64,000 bases of DNA, taken from NCBI RefSeq assembly GCF_964213995.1, contig NC_135830.1, positions 10,540,001 through 10,604,000 on the forward strand, given 5' to 3'. Shown piece after piece: positions 1 through 12,329 of this stretch. The notes under the pieces were generated by a model. The model saw only the letters and a program-made list of their open reading frames with translations, did not search any database and was not told the origin of the DNA. Within the stretch, counting starts at the first letter, position 1; every line of letters starts with the position of its first letter. Both the position numbers and the translations under genes were made by a program. This stretch comes from Mustelus asterias. Lineage: Eukaryota.

Positions 1-89
1 ACTCCAGGTTCTGCTTCCACCCACCAGGCCCCCCACCGACAATCAGACTTTTGGTAATAATCCACATCCGGCCTCCTCACAGGGAGCGG

Positions 90-1314
90 GTAGAGGGGGA
101 TTCCTAACCAGCTAATAAGATTTTCAGACAGAATAGTAATAAAGAGTTAAATAAGACCATAAGATATAGGAGCAGAAATAGGCCGTTTGCCCCATCGAGC
201 CTGCTCCACCATTCAATCGCGGCTGATATGATTCTCATCCCCATTCTCCTACCTTCTCCCTGTAACCGTTGATCCCCTGATTGATCAAGAACCTATCTAT
301 CTCTGTCTTAAAGACACTCAATAACCCGGCCTCCACAGCCCCATGTGGCAATGAATTCCACAGATTCACCACTCTCTGACTGAAGAAATTCCTTCTCATC
401 TTAGTTTTAAAGGAGCGTCCCTTCACTCTGAGATTGTGCCCTCGAGTTCTAGTCTCTCCCACTCTTGGAAACATCCTCTCCACGTCCACTCTATCCAAGC
501 CCCTCAGAATTATTCTTGAAACTAGTTGATAGCTCACAGGGGAATAGACTACACATATGTGTATGCAGTAAGAAGATTAAACAATTACAATTTGAAAACA
601 TATGCTGATATTTTTAAATGTATTTTGAAAATGTTCTAAGTATTGCTCACATCACCCAAAAGCAAAGATGCTGCAAAGTATGATGGTATAAGCTAAAAGT
701 TCAGAGCCAAAGGCCTGGGATCCCTTTAGTTAGCAGAATTTATATCAGAAAGTTTCTTATGAGGGAACAGACATTGAAACTTTATGAAAAGAGATATTCA
801 TTGTCTGGACATAGAATAGATATGTACCTGGACGCAGGAACATGTGTCTGTTCAGTTTGGCAATGAGCCGGTGGGAACATTCACTTTGACCTCGATGATG
901 AGCGGTTATAGTTACTTAGCAATAGGGATGGGTTCAGCCAAGGTGGGGGTTAGCGTCTGACATTGAATGGCTAATGAGATATCATTATGCTGACTGGCAG
1001 AATGTGGTTGGCTGGGGTACTTGATAGAGATTTATATTGATGTGTGTATACTAAATGTAATTGATTTTAAGCTAATATAAGGCAGGAATTATTGATAAGA
1101 AAATCTATAATTGATCTGTTTTTGATTGTACGTCAGAACCATCGGAGTGGTTTTTGCCGCTCTGGAGCTACTTAACCCTTTGATGGTCTCCGGGCAGCTG
1201 TTTGTTTGTTTGTTTTAAAATAAATGTTACATCTTTATACAGAGATACCTGCCTTGTGAGTTTTACGTTGTTTAAGTTAATACATAATTGGCCATCTCAA
1301 ATTACCCCGCGACA
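90..1314 (+). mobile_element. Solo-LTR-like repeat, copy 1 (interrupted by a CR1 3' fragment at ~153-510)
   Basis: Aligns by eye with 53925-54473 (e.g. GACATAGAATAGAT, AATGAGCCGGTGGGAA, ACAGAGATACCTGCCT, CATCTCAAATTA). AATAAA near 1218 and ends in ACA. Left boundary uncertain. Confidence 0.55.
153..510 (-). mobile_element. CR1 LINE 3' fragment (family D, CTTATGGT tail)
   Basis: ORF 235-537 matches the CR1 ORF2 C-terminus (TRGH...RNFFSQRVVNLWNSLP), followed by the 3' UTR and tail repeat. Confidence 0.9.
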
Positions 1315-1649
1315 GAGCGGGTGAGGATAACCGATGATCCAAAGGGAAACTTACTGAGATGCTGCTTCCCAACAAGAAGTGGATCCTGAAACTGTCGGAA
1401 CATCTACTGGAGTTGAGGAAAGAAACCTGCGCTGCAATGACTGTGATAATGCTGACAGCCTTAGGGTGGAGTCAATCTTTATTTGGTGCAGATTTATTCA
1501 CGGAGTGAAACATTACAGGTGTATACCTCTTAACTCCAGGCACCATCACTAACTGTCCCTTTATAGATCCAATCAATAACCTCCACATGTATGTAGTTCA
1601 CCTTAATCGATACAATTAACACCCACAGTCAGAGCATCAAGAAAGGCTC

Positions 1650-2345
1650 CAATCAGTGTGACTGCTCTGGTGTCCCAGCAGCTCCGATGACCAAGTGAAT
1701 CCCATCCACACACAGGGCGGGTGAATGGCCTCTCCCCAGTGTGAACTCGCCAATGGCTCAGTCGCTTGGATGATGTTTGAAACCTCCTTGTGCAGTGAGA
1801 GCAGCAGAACGGTCTCTCCTCAGTGTGAATGCACTGGTGGATCTTCAGGTCGGCAGAGTTTCTGAAACAACTCCCACAATCAGAGCATTTAAAGGCTTTC
1901 CCATTGGTGGGAGTGCGCTGGTGTCCCAGCAGATTGGATAACTGAGTGAATCCCTTCAGAGTAGGGGAATGGCCTCTCTCCCGTGTGAATGTGCTGGTGT
2001 ATCAGCAGGGTTGATGAGTCATTGAGTCCCTTCCCACACTCAGAACAAGTGAACGGTTTCTCCCCAGTGTGAACTTGCTGGTATATCAGCAGAATGGAGG
2101 AATTACTGAATCTCTTCCCCCACACAGAGCAGGTGAATGGCCTCTCCCTAGTGTGAACTCGCTAGTGTTGCTGCAGAGTGGATGAATCAATGAATCCCTT
2201 CCCGCACACACAGCAGATGGACGCCTCTTTCCGCTGTGCCTGGGTCGATGGGTTTCCAGTTCACAGGGTGCATGGAATCCTTTCCCACAACCCCACATTT
2301 CCACCATATCTTCAGGGTATGGACGGCCTTGTAACTCTCCAGGAT
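1650..2345 (-). pseudogene. C2H2 zinc-finger pseudogene (locus 1)
   Basis: [15 protein letters not shown]-type fingers split across frames by frameshifts and stops; several Cys/His lost; 5' part cut by CR1 sequence. Confidence 0.85.
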
Positions 2346-2532
2346 TGATGATTTGGTTCTCTGGATTTAGTTCTCCAACCTTCCCCTTTAAGGGAATATA
2401 CCCTGACATTGCCCGCAATAGATTTTCCTTGAAGGTGGCCCATTGTTCAGCCATCAGCTTTTCTGCCAACATTTGATTCTTACTCACTCGATTCAGATCC
2501 ATTCTCATCCCACCAAAGTTGAGGCTTTCCCT

Positions 2533-5250
2533 CAGGAGTTGCACTTTTGATTAGGGAAAGCATCACAGCCGTGCTGAGAGGGGATATATCCGAGGGTTTG
2601 GCCACTGAGTCTATATGGGTAGAACTGAGAAATAAGAAGGGGGAAATCACTTTGATAGGGTTGTACTATAGGCCCCCAAATAGTCACCGGGAAATTGAGG
2701 AGCAAATATGTAAGGAGATTACAGATAGCTCCAAGAAAAACAGGGTGGTAATAGTCGGAGATTTTAACTTTTCCAACATTGACTGGGACAGCCATAGTAT
2801 TAGAGCGTTGGATGGAGAGAAATTTGTTGAGTGTATTCAGGAGGAATTTCTCATTCAGTATGTGGATGGCCCGAATAGAGAGGGCGCAAAACTTGACCTC
2901 CTCTTGGGAAATAAGGAAGGGCAGGTGACAGAAGTGTTAGTGAGGGATCACTTTGGGGCCAGTGACCATAATTCTATTGGTTTTAAGATAGCTATGGAGA
3001 ATGATAGGTTGGCCCAAAAGTTAAAATTCTAAATTGGGGCAAGGCTAATTTTGATGGTATCAGGCAGGAACTTTCAGAAGTTAATTGGGGGAGTCTGTGG
3101 GAAGGCAAAGGGACGTCTGGTAAGTGGGAGGCTTTCAAAAGTGTGTTAACCAGGGTTCAGGGTAAGCACATTCCTCTTAGAGTGAAGGGCAAGGCTGGGA
3201 GAAGTAGGGAACCTTGAATGACTTGGGATATTGAGGCCCTGGTCAAGAAGAAGAAAGAGGCACATGACATGCATAGGCAGCTGGGATCAAGTGAATTCCT
3301 TGAAGAGTGTAGGGGGTGTAGGAGTAGAGTTCAGAGAGAAATCAGGACGGCAAAAAGGGGACACGAGATTGTTTGGTAGATAAGGCAAAGGGGAATCCAA
3401 AGAGCTTCTGCAACTACATAAAGGGCAAAAGTGTAACAAGGGAGAGAGTAGGGCCTCTTAAGGATCAACAAGGTCATCTATGTGCGGATCCACAAGAGAT
3501 GGGTGAGATCATAAATGAATATTTCTCATCAGTATTTACTGTTGAGAAAAGCATGGATGTTAGGGAAGTTGGGGAAATAAATAATGATGTCTTGAGGAGT
3601 GTATATATAACAGAGAAGGAGGTGCTGGAAGTCTTAAATCGCATCAAGGTAGGTAAATCCCCGGGACCTGATGAAGTGTATCCCAGGACACTGTGGGAGG
3701 CTAGGGAGGAAATTGCGGGTCCCCTAGCTGAGATATTTGAATCATTGATAGTCACGGGTGAGGTGCCTGAAGATTGGAGAGTGGCAAATGTTGTGCCTTT
3801 GTTTAAAAAGGGCTTCAGGGAAAAGCCTGGGAACTACAGGCCAGTGAGCCTCACATTTGTGGTGGGTAAATTGTTGGAAGGTATTCTGAGAGACAGGAGC
3901 TACAGGCATTTAGAGACGCAAGTACTGATTAGGGACAGTCAGCATGGCTTTGTGAGTGGAAAATCATGACTCACAAATTTGATTGAGTTTTTTGAAGGGG
4001 TAACCAAGAAGGTAGATGAGGGCAGTGCAGTTGATGTTGTCTACATGGACTTTAGCAAGGCCTTTGACAAGGTACCACATGGTAGGTTGTTGCATTGACA
4101 AGGTACCACATGGTAGGTTGTTGCATAAGGTTAAATCTCACGGGATCCAGGGTGAGGTATCCAAATGGATACAAAATTGGCTTCTTGACAGAAGCCAGAG
4201 GATGGTTGCAGAGAATTGTTTTTCAAACTGGAGGCCTGTGACTAGCGGTGTGCCTCAGGGATCAGTACTGGGTCCACTGTTATTTGTCATTTATATTAAT
4301 GATTTGCATGAGAATATAGGAGGCATGGTTAGTAAGTTTGCAGATGATACTAAGATTGATGGCATAGTGGACAGTGAAGAAGGTTATCTCCAATTGCAAT
4401 GGGATCTTGATCAATTGGGCCAGTGGGCTGATGAATGGCAGATGGAGTTTAATTTAGACAAATGTGAGGTGATGCATTTTGGTAGATTGAACCAGGGCAG
4501 GACTTACTCAGTTAATGGTAGGGCATTGGGGAGAGTTGCAGAACAAAGAGATCTAGGGGTACATGTTCACAGCTCCTTGAAAGTGGAGTCACAGTGGACA
4601 GAGTGGTGAAGAAGGCATTCGGCATGCTTGGTTTCATCGGTCAGAACATTGAATACAGGAGTTGGAATGTCTTGTTGAAGTTGTACAAGACATTGGTAAG
4701 GCCACACTTGGAATACTGTGTGCAATTCTGGTCACCCTATTCTAGGAAGGATATTATTAAACTAGAAAGAGTGCAGAAAAGATTTACTAGGATGCTACCG
4801 GGACTTGATGGATTGAGTTATAAGGAGAGGCTGGATAGACTGGGACTTTATTCTCTGGAGCGTAGGAAGCTGAGGGGTGATCTTATAGAGGTCTATAAAA
4901 TAATGAGGGGCACAGATCAGCTCGTCAATATCTTTTCCCAAAGGTAGGGGGCATAGGTTTAAGGTGAGAGGGGAGATACACAAAAGTGTCCAGAGGGGCA
5001 ATTTTTTCACACAGAGGGTGGCGAGTTTCTGGAACAAGCTGCCAGAGGTAGTAGTAGAGGTGGGTATAATTTTGTCTTTTAAAAAGCATTTAGATAGTTA
5101 CATGGATATGATGGGTACAGAGGGATATGGGCCAAATGCGGGCAATTGGGATTAGCTTAGGGTTTTTTTAAAAAAAAGGATGGGCATGCACATGTTGGGC
5201 CGGGGGGCCTGTTTCCATGCAGTAAACCTCTATGACTCTTTGACTCTAAT
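2533..5250 (+). mobile_element. 5'-truncated CR1 LINE (family A), degenerate ORF2 (APE endonuclease + RT)
   Basis: YYRPP and VGDFN (endonuclease); [10 protein letters not shown] and KFADDTK (RT); stops and frameshifts; 31-bp tandem duplication at 4064-4125; GACTCTAT-type tail. Inserted in an older minus-strand CR1 piece (2370-2530 and 5251-5485). Confidence 0.92.
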
Positions 5251-6025
5251 GATCCCCGTTCTGGATAGTTCCTTGTCTTTTTCCATGGCCAATCTGAAAC
5301 TTATAATACAATGGTCACTCTTCCCTCAATGCTCTCCCACTGATATTTGATCCATTTGGGCCAACTCATTCCCCAGAACCAGGTCCAGTAGTGCCCGTCT
5401 TCTTTTTGGAGCAGAAACACACTGCTGCAGAAAATTATCTTCAACACCTTCCAGGGACTCATGTCCCTCTTCTCCCTTCGCACCATTTGGTTTAGTAATT
5501 AGTCCATTCAAATGTTAGCCGGGCAACGATTGGGTTAAATCAGTCTCCATCGACTTTGTGATGTAAAAAAACTATAAGAAGGGCTTCACCGAGCACAGAG
5601 ATTTGTCGAGGTTTTACATATTGCATTGACTGGTGCCATGGCATCTGGGGCAGAGCAGGGAGCATTTCCGTGGAGATGCTGCTTCTACCCAGAGTGTAAT
5701 GGTAATGCTGCTGCACTTTGATACGACTGCTCAGACATTAGCCTGTGTCAGCTCTTATTGATACTGAATAAAATCTAACCACTGTCACCAATAAGGGTTA
5801 TCACTGGCAATCATTTCAGAGTTTGGGAAAAGGGGAGAAAGGGTTAATTGACTTCCTGAACCCCATTTTCTAACATCACTGTGTCAAAAATAAAATCTCA
5901 TCTCCCCCTCTGGCTCCTTTGTCAATTACCTTAGAGGGACTCACTTTCTGTTAAAGAGCCTGCCAATGAGCCCAGTCCTGGATGTGATTAACAGCAGCAA
6001 TAACAGCAGAATCCAACCCCTGTGA

Positions 6026-7135
6026 TCACTTGTGAACTCGTTGGTGTGTCTGCAGGTGGGATGACTGAGTGAACCCGTTCCCACACACGGTGCAGGTGAA
6101 TGGCCTCTCCCCAGTGTGAACTCGCTGGTGTCTCTGCAGATTGGTTAACTGAGTGAATCCCTTTCCACAGGCAGAGCAAGTGAATTGTTTCTCCCCAGTG
6201 TGAACTCGCTGGTGTACCCGCAGATAGGATGACATTTTAAATCTCTTTGAGCAGTGAGAGCAACTGAACGGTCTCTCCTCAGTGTGAATGCGCTGGTGGG
6301 ACATGAGAACCTGAGTGCTTTTGAAGTCGCTCCCACATTCAGAGCATTTATAGGGTCTCTCATTGCTGTGAGTGACTCTGTGTCTGCGCATGCTGGATAA
6401 CCAAGTGAATCCTTTCCCACACACAGGACAGTTGAACGGCCTCTCCCTGGAATGTACTCGCTGGTGTATCCGCAGGCTGGATAAGTCAGTGAATCCCTTC
6501 CCACACACAGGACAGGTAAACGGTCTCTCCGCAGTGTGAATTTGCTGGTGTGTCTGCAGATGACATAACTGAGTAAATCCGGTACCACAATCAGAACAGG
6601 TGAATGGTCTCTTCCCTGTGTGAATTCGTTGGTGTGTTTGCAGGTTGGATGAATCATAGAATCCCTTCCCACACACACAGCAGGTGAACGGTCTCTCCCC
6701 AGTGTGAATGCGTCGATGAATTTCCAGCTCAGATGGGAACCTGAATCCCTTCCCACAGTCCCCACATTTCCACGGTTTCTCTATGGTTCGGGTGTCCTTG
6801 TGACTCTCCAGGTTAAACAATCAGTTAAATCTCACACAGAACACGGGTACAGTCTCTCCCCACTGTGAATGCCGCAATGTTTTTTTCACTGGTTAAAGCT
6901 CTTTCGACAGTCAGTGCACTGGAACACTCTCACTCAGGTGTGTGCGTGAGACTTGGTAAATTCCCAGTCACGCTGATGTTTAAAATCTCCAGAAGCAAAA
7001 AGAACAGAGAAATATTTCTCCTTCTAGGTACAAAGGCTGATGATGTTCAGGACATGATGATTGAATGACTCTGTCAGATATTGATGTGACATTTGCTTTG
7101 AGATTACTGTCTGTAAATCCTCACCTTCTGATATT
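6026..7135 (-). CDS. C2H2 zinc-finger locus 2: uninterrupted 9-finger array (6026-6784), but the family start codon is ATA
   Basis: Nine canonical CX2C-X12-HX3H fingers with TGERP-like linkers; acceptor TTTTACAG before 7135; ACC ATA GAG at 6784-6782 where paralogs have ACC ATG GAG. Confidence 0.7.
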
Positions 7136-7589
7136 CTGTAAAAGGAATTTATTAAAGTCATCACTGTCAATACAAGATAGAAATTCAGAACAAACAATTC
7201 TACATTCTGTGGAACATTCTTTCCTCCCTCATTTCCCAAAAGCTGTGAATCTCCATCCCACACACTCTCCCTCCATTCTCACTCTGCTATATCTAATATT
7301 CACCCGCCCAATTCTCCTGAAGGTGCTGATTGAGGCTGATTGACAGATCCATGCTCACTGCTTCCTGTCCTGGACACACAGAGCTGGAAATTTCCATGCA
7401 GGCTGCCAGACAGATAAATGTCTACATTACTGGAGTAAAAATGTGTGGAATATACAGACTGGATTCACTTCCTTTCCCTTCAGTTGCTGCAAGTCCCCAA
7501 TTTTCCCGAGAATGAGAAAATAAATTGAAAGGGGGAGAAAAGAAAGTGTTTTACTCACAGATATTAGAGACAGCAGGAAGATTTTGTCT

Positions 7590-7860
7590 GACTGCATCTC
7601 CGTGTTCATTCACACAAAGCCCGCGCTCTGATTGACTGGAGGACCAGAGTCCTTCCGGTCCTCCAACTCTTTCCATTGGTCAACACTTCAGCATGAAGGT
7701 CAGGGGGTGAGCTCTCTTTGCACATGCGCAGCTTCCCCTCTCCTCTGGACATGCGCAGTCCAATGTGGCCTGCCCGCGTGGTGGATAGAGCGGTTTCTCT
7801 ATCGTGGGCGATTGTGGGAGCTGCGGCCGCCATTACTCATCCGGATCCCAGTCTCTAAAC
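7590..7860. promoter_or_regulatory. CpG-rich promoter, probably of ZNF locus 2
   Basis: Local CpG enrichment; NRF1-like CATGCGCA at ~7722 and ~7750; ATTGG box; lies 5' of the locus 2 modules. Confidence 0.6.
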
Positions 7861-8130
7861 TCCTGGGACTGTGATGGAAAGTGGGAGTGGGGGGCGCAGT
7901 GACCCCACCCTGACACAAAGTACATGTGGGGAGTCACTGGATTGGATTGGGATGTCCCCTTTACAAAACAGTTTGTTAACTTCAGGTGGAAAGATTTAGA
8001 CACTTGGGTGACATTGGGGAAGGCAATAGGTGAGTGTGAAACTGATCTCGAGAGTCAGCACCTTCAGGGAGGAGAACTGTGGAAAAAGAAGGTGGAGGAT
8101 AGTGTTACAATCAATCGTATCAATAGGCCT

Positions 8131-9030
8131 GCATGAGTTTCCTCCACGTGCTCCAGTTTCCTCCCACAGTCTGAAAGACATGCTGGTTAGGTGCATTGAC
8201 CCGAACAGGCGCCGGAATGTGGCGATTAGGGGAATTTCACAGTAACTTCATTAGAATCATAGAATCATAGAAACCCTACAGTGCAGAAGGAGGCCATTCG
8301 GCCCATCGAGACTGCACCGACCACAATCCCACCCAGGCCCTACCCCCACATATTTTACCCACTAATCTACACATCCCAGGACTCTAAGGAGCAATTTTTA
8401 ACCTGGCCAATCAACCTAACCTGCACATCTTTGGACATTGCAGTGTCAATGTAAGCCTTACTTGTGACTTATAAATAAACTTTACTTTAGGAAGGAGGGA
8501 GTCTGTGGGGACAGAGATTTATAGTTTGAGATGAAGAAGGATTTTCTGTGACATGTATTTACCCCATTAATTCCCCCAACCCATACACGAAGAGGCAATT
8601 TGCCATGGCCAATCCACCTAACCTGCACATCTTTGGAATGTGGGATGAAATTGGAGCACTCTGAGCAAACTCATGCAGACACAGGGAGAACGTGCAAACT
8701 CCACACAGAGAGCTGTGGCACAGTGGTTAGCACTGCTACCTCAGAGTGCCAGGGATCCGGTTCAATTCCGGTCTTGGGTGACATAGAAATCATAGAAACC
8801 CTCCAGTGCAGAAGGAGGCCATTCGGCCCATCGAGTCTGCACGAACACAATCCCAGGCCCTACCCCTACAGGGGTGCTCAGGTTTCCTCCCACAGTCCGA
8901 AAGACATGCTGGTTAGGTGCATTGGCTATGCTAAATTCTCTTTCAGGACACCTAAACAGGTGCCAAGCGTGACGACTAGGGGATTTTCACAGTAACTTCA
9001 TTGCAGTGTTAATGTAAGCTTACTTGTAAC
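8131..9030. mobile_element. Cluster of nested and fragmented tRNA-derived V-SINE (HE1-like) copies
   Basis: V-domain-type core (GGTTTCCTCCCACAGTC), tRNA-like head, CR1-like tail (GGCCGAATGGCC, TTCTATGA repeats). Minus-strand pieces 8253-8437 and 8781-8868 sit inside plus-strand copies. Confidence 0.8.
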
Positions 9031-9522
9031 ACCTAAGGCCAGAATTGAACTCAGTTTATTGGCGCTGCTGATCACTGTGCCACTGTGCTGCCTGTGTTTT
9101 GAGAAATCATATTAAAATCTGGAACTCAGATGGGGATATGGATTGGTGTTAAGTGGGAAGGTCTGGATCAATGCATTACTCCAGAGATGTGGAGATGGCG
9201 GCATTGGACTGGGGTAAACACAGTAAGAGGTTTAACAGCACCAGGTTAAAGGCCAACAGGTTTATTTTGTAGCAAAAGCCACACAAGCTCTTTCTGAGCA
9301 GACATTCTGGCCCCTGATAAACCCATTGAGTGATTGAATGGTACAATGCAGAGATTCTTCATCCAGGGTGAAACGACAGACTGACTGTGTGCTGTGTAAA
9401 ACCTGACATCTACACAACCTAATCCCACTTCTCCTGGAACACTTCTCCTGTAGCTCCGAAAGCTTGTGTGGCTTTTGCTACCAAATAAACCTGTTGGACT
9501 TTAACCTGGTGTTGTTAAACTT

Positions 9523-12329
9523 CTTTAACCTACATATTAGAAATCATAGAAACCCTACAGTGCAGAAGGAGGCCATTCGGCCCATCGAGTCTGCACCGAC
9601 CACAATCCCACCCAGGCCCTACCCCCACATATTTACCCGCAAATCCCTCTAACCTACGCATTTTAGGATTCTAAGGGGCAATTTTTAACCTGGCCAATCA
9701 ACCTAACCCGCACATCTTTGGACTGTGGGAGGAAACCGGAGCACCCGGAGGAAACCCACGCAGACACGAGGAGAACGTGCAAACTCCACACAGACAGTGA
9801 CCCGAGCCAGGAATCGAACCCAGGACCCTGGAGCTGTGAAGCAGCAGTGCTAACCACTGTGCTACCGTGCCGCCCCAATATTGATTGGTCGACTCAAATT
9901 GGACGTGGAGGGCTTGAGGAAGAGTTCTTGGAATGCTGTCGGGATTGTTTCATTGAACAGTATGTTACAGAACCTATGAGAGAGCGAGCTATCTTGGATC
10001 TGGTTCTGTAGGATTAAGGATCTTCTTGTGAAGGATCCTCTTGGGATGAGTGATCATAATATGGTGGAATTTCTGATACAGATGGAGGGTGAGAAAGGAG
10101 GGTCCCAAACCAGTGTCCTCTGCTTGAACAGAGGGGAGTACGATAGGATGAGGGTGGAATTGGCTAATGTAGACTGGGCGAGCAGACTGGTAGGTAGGAC
10201 AGCTGAGGAACAGTGGAGGATTTTTAAGGAGATTTTTTTAAGTACTCAGCAAAAATATATTCCGGTGATAAGGAAGGACTGTAAGAAAAAGGATAACCGG
10301 ACGTGGATAACGAAGGAAATAAAGGAGAGTATTAAAATAAAATCAGATGTGTACAGAGTGGCCAAAAATAGTGGAGAATTAGTGGATTGGGAAAGCTTTA
10401 AAGAAAAACAAAGAACGACTAAGAAAGCGATTAAGAAAGGAAAGATACATTATGAAACTAAACTAGCTCAAAATATAAACAATGATAGTAAAAGTTTTTA
10501 CAAGTATATAAAAAGGAATAGAGTGGCTAGAGTGAATGTTGGACCCTTGGAAGATGAGAGGGGGGATTTAATAGTGGAAAATCAGGAAATGGCTGAGACT
10601 TTAAATAAGTTCTTTGTGTCGGTCTTCACGGTGGAAGACACAAATAGTTTGCCGAATATTAGAGATCGAGAGTTGGTGGGAGGTGAGGTCCTCAATACAA
10701 TTACTGTTACTAAGGAGGTGGTGCTTGGTAGACTAATAGGACTGAAGGTAGACAAGTCCCCGGGCCCGGATGGAATGCATCCCAGGGTACTGAAAGAAAT
10801 GGCTGAGGTAATAGCAGATGCGTTAGTAGTAATTTATCAAAATTCGCTGGACTCTGGGGTAGTGCCGGCTGACTGGAAAATAGCTACTGTTACGCCGCTG
10901 TTTAAAAAAGGAAGTAGACAAAAGGCGGGTAACTACAGGCCGGTTAGCTTAACGTCCGTAGTTGGGAAGATGCTAGAGTCCATTATTAAAGAGGAAATAA
11001 CAGAGCACCTGAATAAGAATGGTTCGATCAAGCAGACGCAGCATGGATTCATGAAGGGAAAGTCGTGTTTGACGAATCTACTGGACTTTTATGAAGATGT
11101 CACTAGTGCGGTTGACAGAGGCGAACCGGTGGATGTGGTGTTTTTAGATTTCCAGAAGGCGTTCGATAAGGTGCCTCACAAAAGGTTGCTGCAGAAGATT
11201 GGGGTACACGGAGTTCGGGGTAAGGTGTTGGCGTGGATTGGGGATTGGCTATCTAACAGGAAGCAGAGAGTTGGGATAAATGGGTGCTTTTCTGGTTGGC
11301 AGTTGGTGACCAGTGGCGTGCCGCAGGGATCGGTGCTGGGGCCTCAATTGTTTACCATTTACATAGATGATCTGGAGGAGGGCTGAATCTAGGGTATTCA
11401 AGTTTGCTGATGACACGAAGGTGAGAGGGAAAGCGAATTGTGTGGAGGACGCGGAAGGTCTGCAGAGAGATTTGGATAGGCTGAGCGAGTGGGCGAGGAT
11501 CTGGCAGATGGAATATAACGTTAGCAAATGTGAGGTTATCCACTTTGGAAGAAATAATAGTAAATTGGAATATTATTTAAATGGAGAAAAATTACATCGT
11601 GCGACTGTACAGAGGGACCTGGGCGTCCTTGTGCACGAATCGCAAAAACTCAGTCTGCAGGTGCAGCAGGTGATCAAGAAGGCGAATGGAATGTTGGCCT
11701 TTATTGCGAGGGGGATAGAATATAAAAGCAGGGAGGTCTTGCTGCAACTGTACAAGGCACTGGTGAGGCCGCAACTGGAGTACTGTGTGCAGTTTTGGTC
11801 CCCTTATTTGCGAAAGGATATATTGGCCTTGGAGGGAGTGCAGAGAAGGTTCACCGGAGATGAGGGGTGTGGCTTATGAGGAGAGATTAAACAGATTGGG
11901 ACTGTACTCGTTGGAGTTTAGAAGGATGAGGGGTGATCTTATAGAGGCATATAAGATAATGAAGGGGCTGGATAGGGTAGAGGTGGAGAGATTCTTTCCA
12001 CTTAGAAGGGAAACCAGAACTAGAGGGCATAGCTTCAAAATAAGGGGGGGCCGGTTCAGAACAGAGTTGAGGGGGAACTTCTTCTCTCAGAGGGTAGTGA
12101 ATCTCTGGAATTCTCTGCCCATTGAAGTGGTGGAGGCTTCCTCGTTGAATATGTTTAAATCACAGGTAGATAGTTTTCTGATCGATAAGGGAATTAGGGG
12201 ATATGGGGAGCAGGCGGGTAAGTGGAACTGATTCGCTTCAGATCAGCCATGATCTTGTTGAATGGCGGGGCAGACTCGAAGGGCCAGATGGCCTACTCCT
12301 GCTCCTATTTCTTATGTTCTTATGTTCTT
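9523..12329 (+). mobile_element. 5'-truncated CR1 LINE (family B-related), ORF2 with a few lesions
   Basis: ORFs 10028-11386, 11367-11879 and 11785-12231 give the RT ([24 protein letters not shown]); (TTCTTATG)n tail. Confidence 0.93.
9539..9877 (-). mobile_element. Full-length V-SINE (HE1-like)
   Basis: GGGCGGCACGGTAGCACAGTGGTTAGC head, GGTTCGATTCC B-box, CR1-like tail; TSD ATATT (9534-9538 and 9878-9882) inside CR1 endonuclease codons DFNLH|IDW. Confidence 0.9.

Noticed and set aside
1442-1621. Possible short solo LTR (TG...CA, minus-strand AATAAA)
   Set aside because: Single copy with no clear TSD; cannot be supported from this window alone.
6145-6765. Alternative-frame ORFs over zinc-finger arrays (also 43705-44157, 52361-52780)
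   Set aside because: Typical off-frame read-through of repetitive C2H2 codons ([12 protein letters not shown] pattern).
6975-6990. TTTAAAC in the ZNF leader as another frameshift site
   Set aside because: Better explained as a CAA>TAA nonsense in a fossil finger; locus 6 has TTTAAAT and further stops follow.
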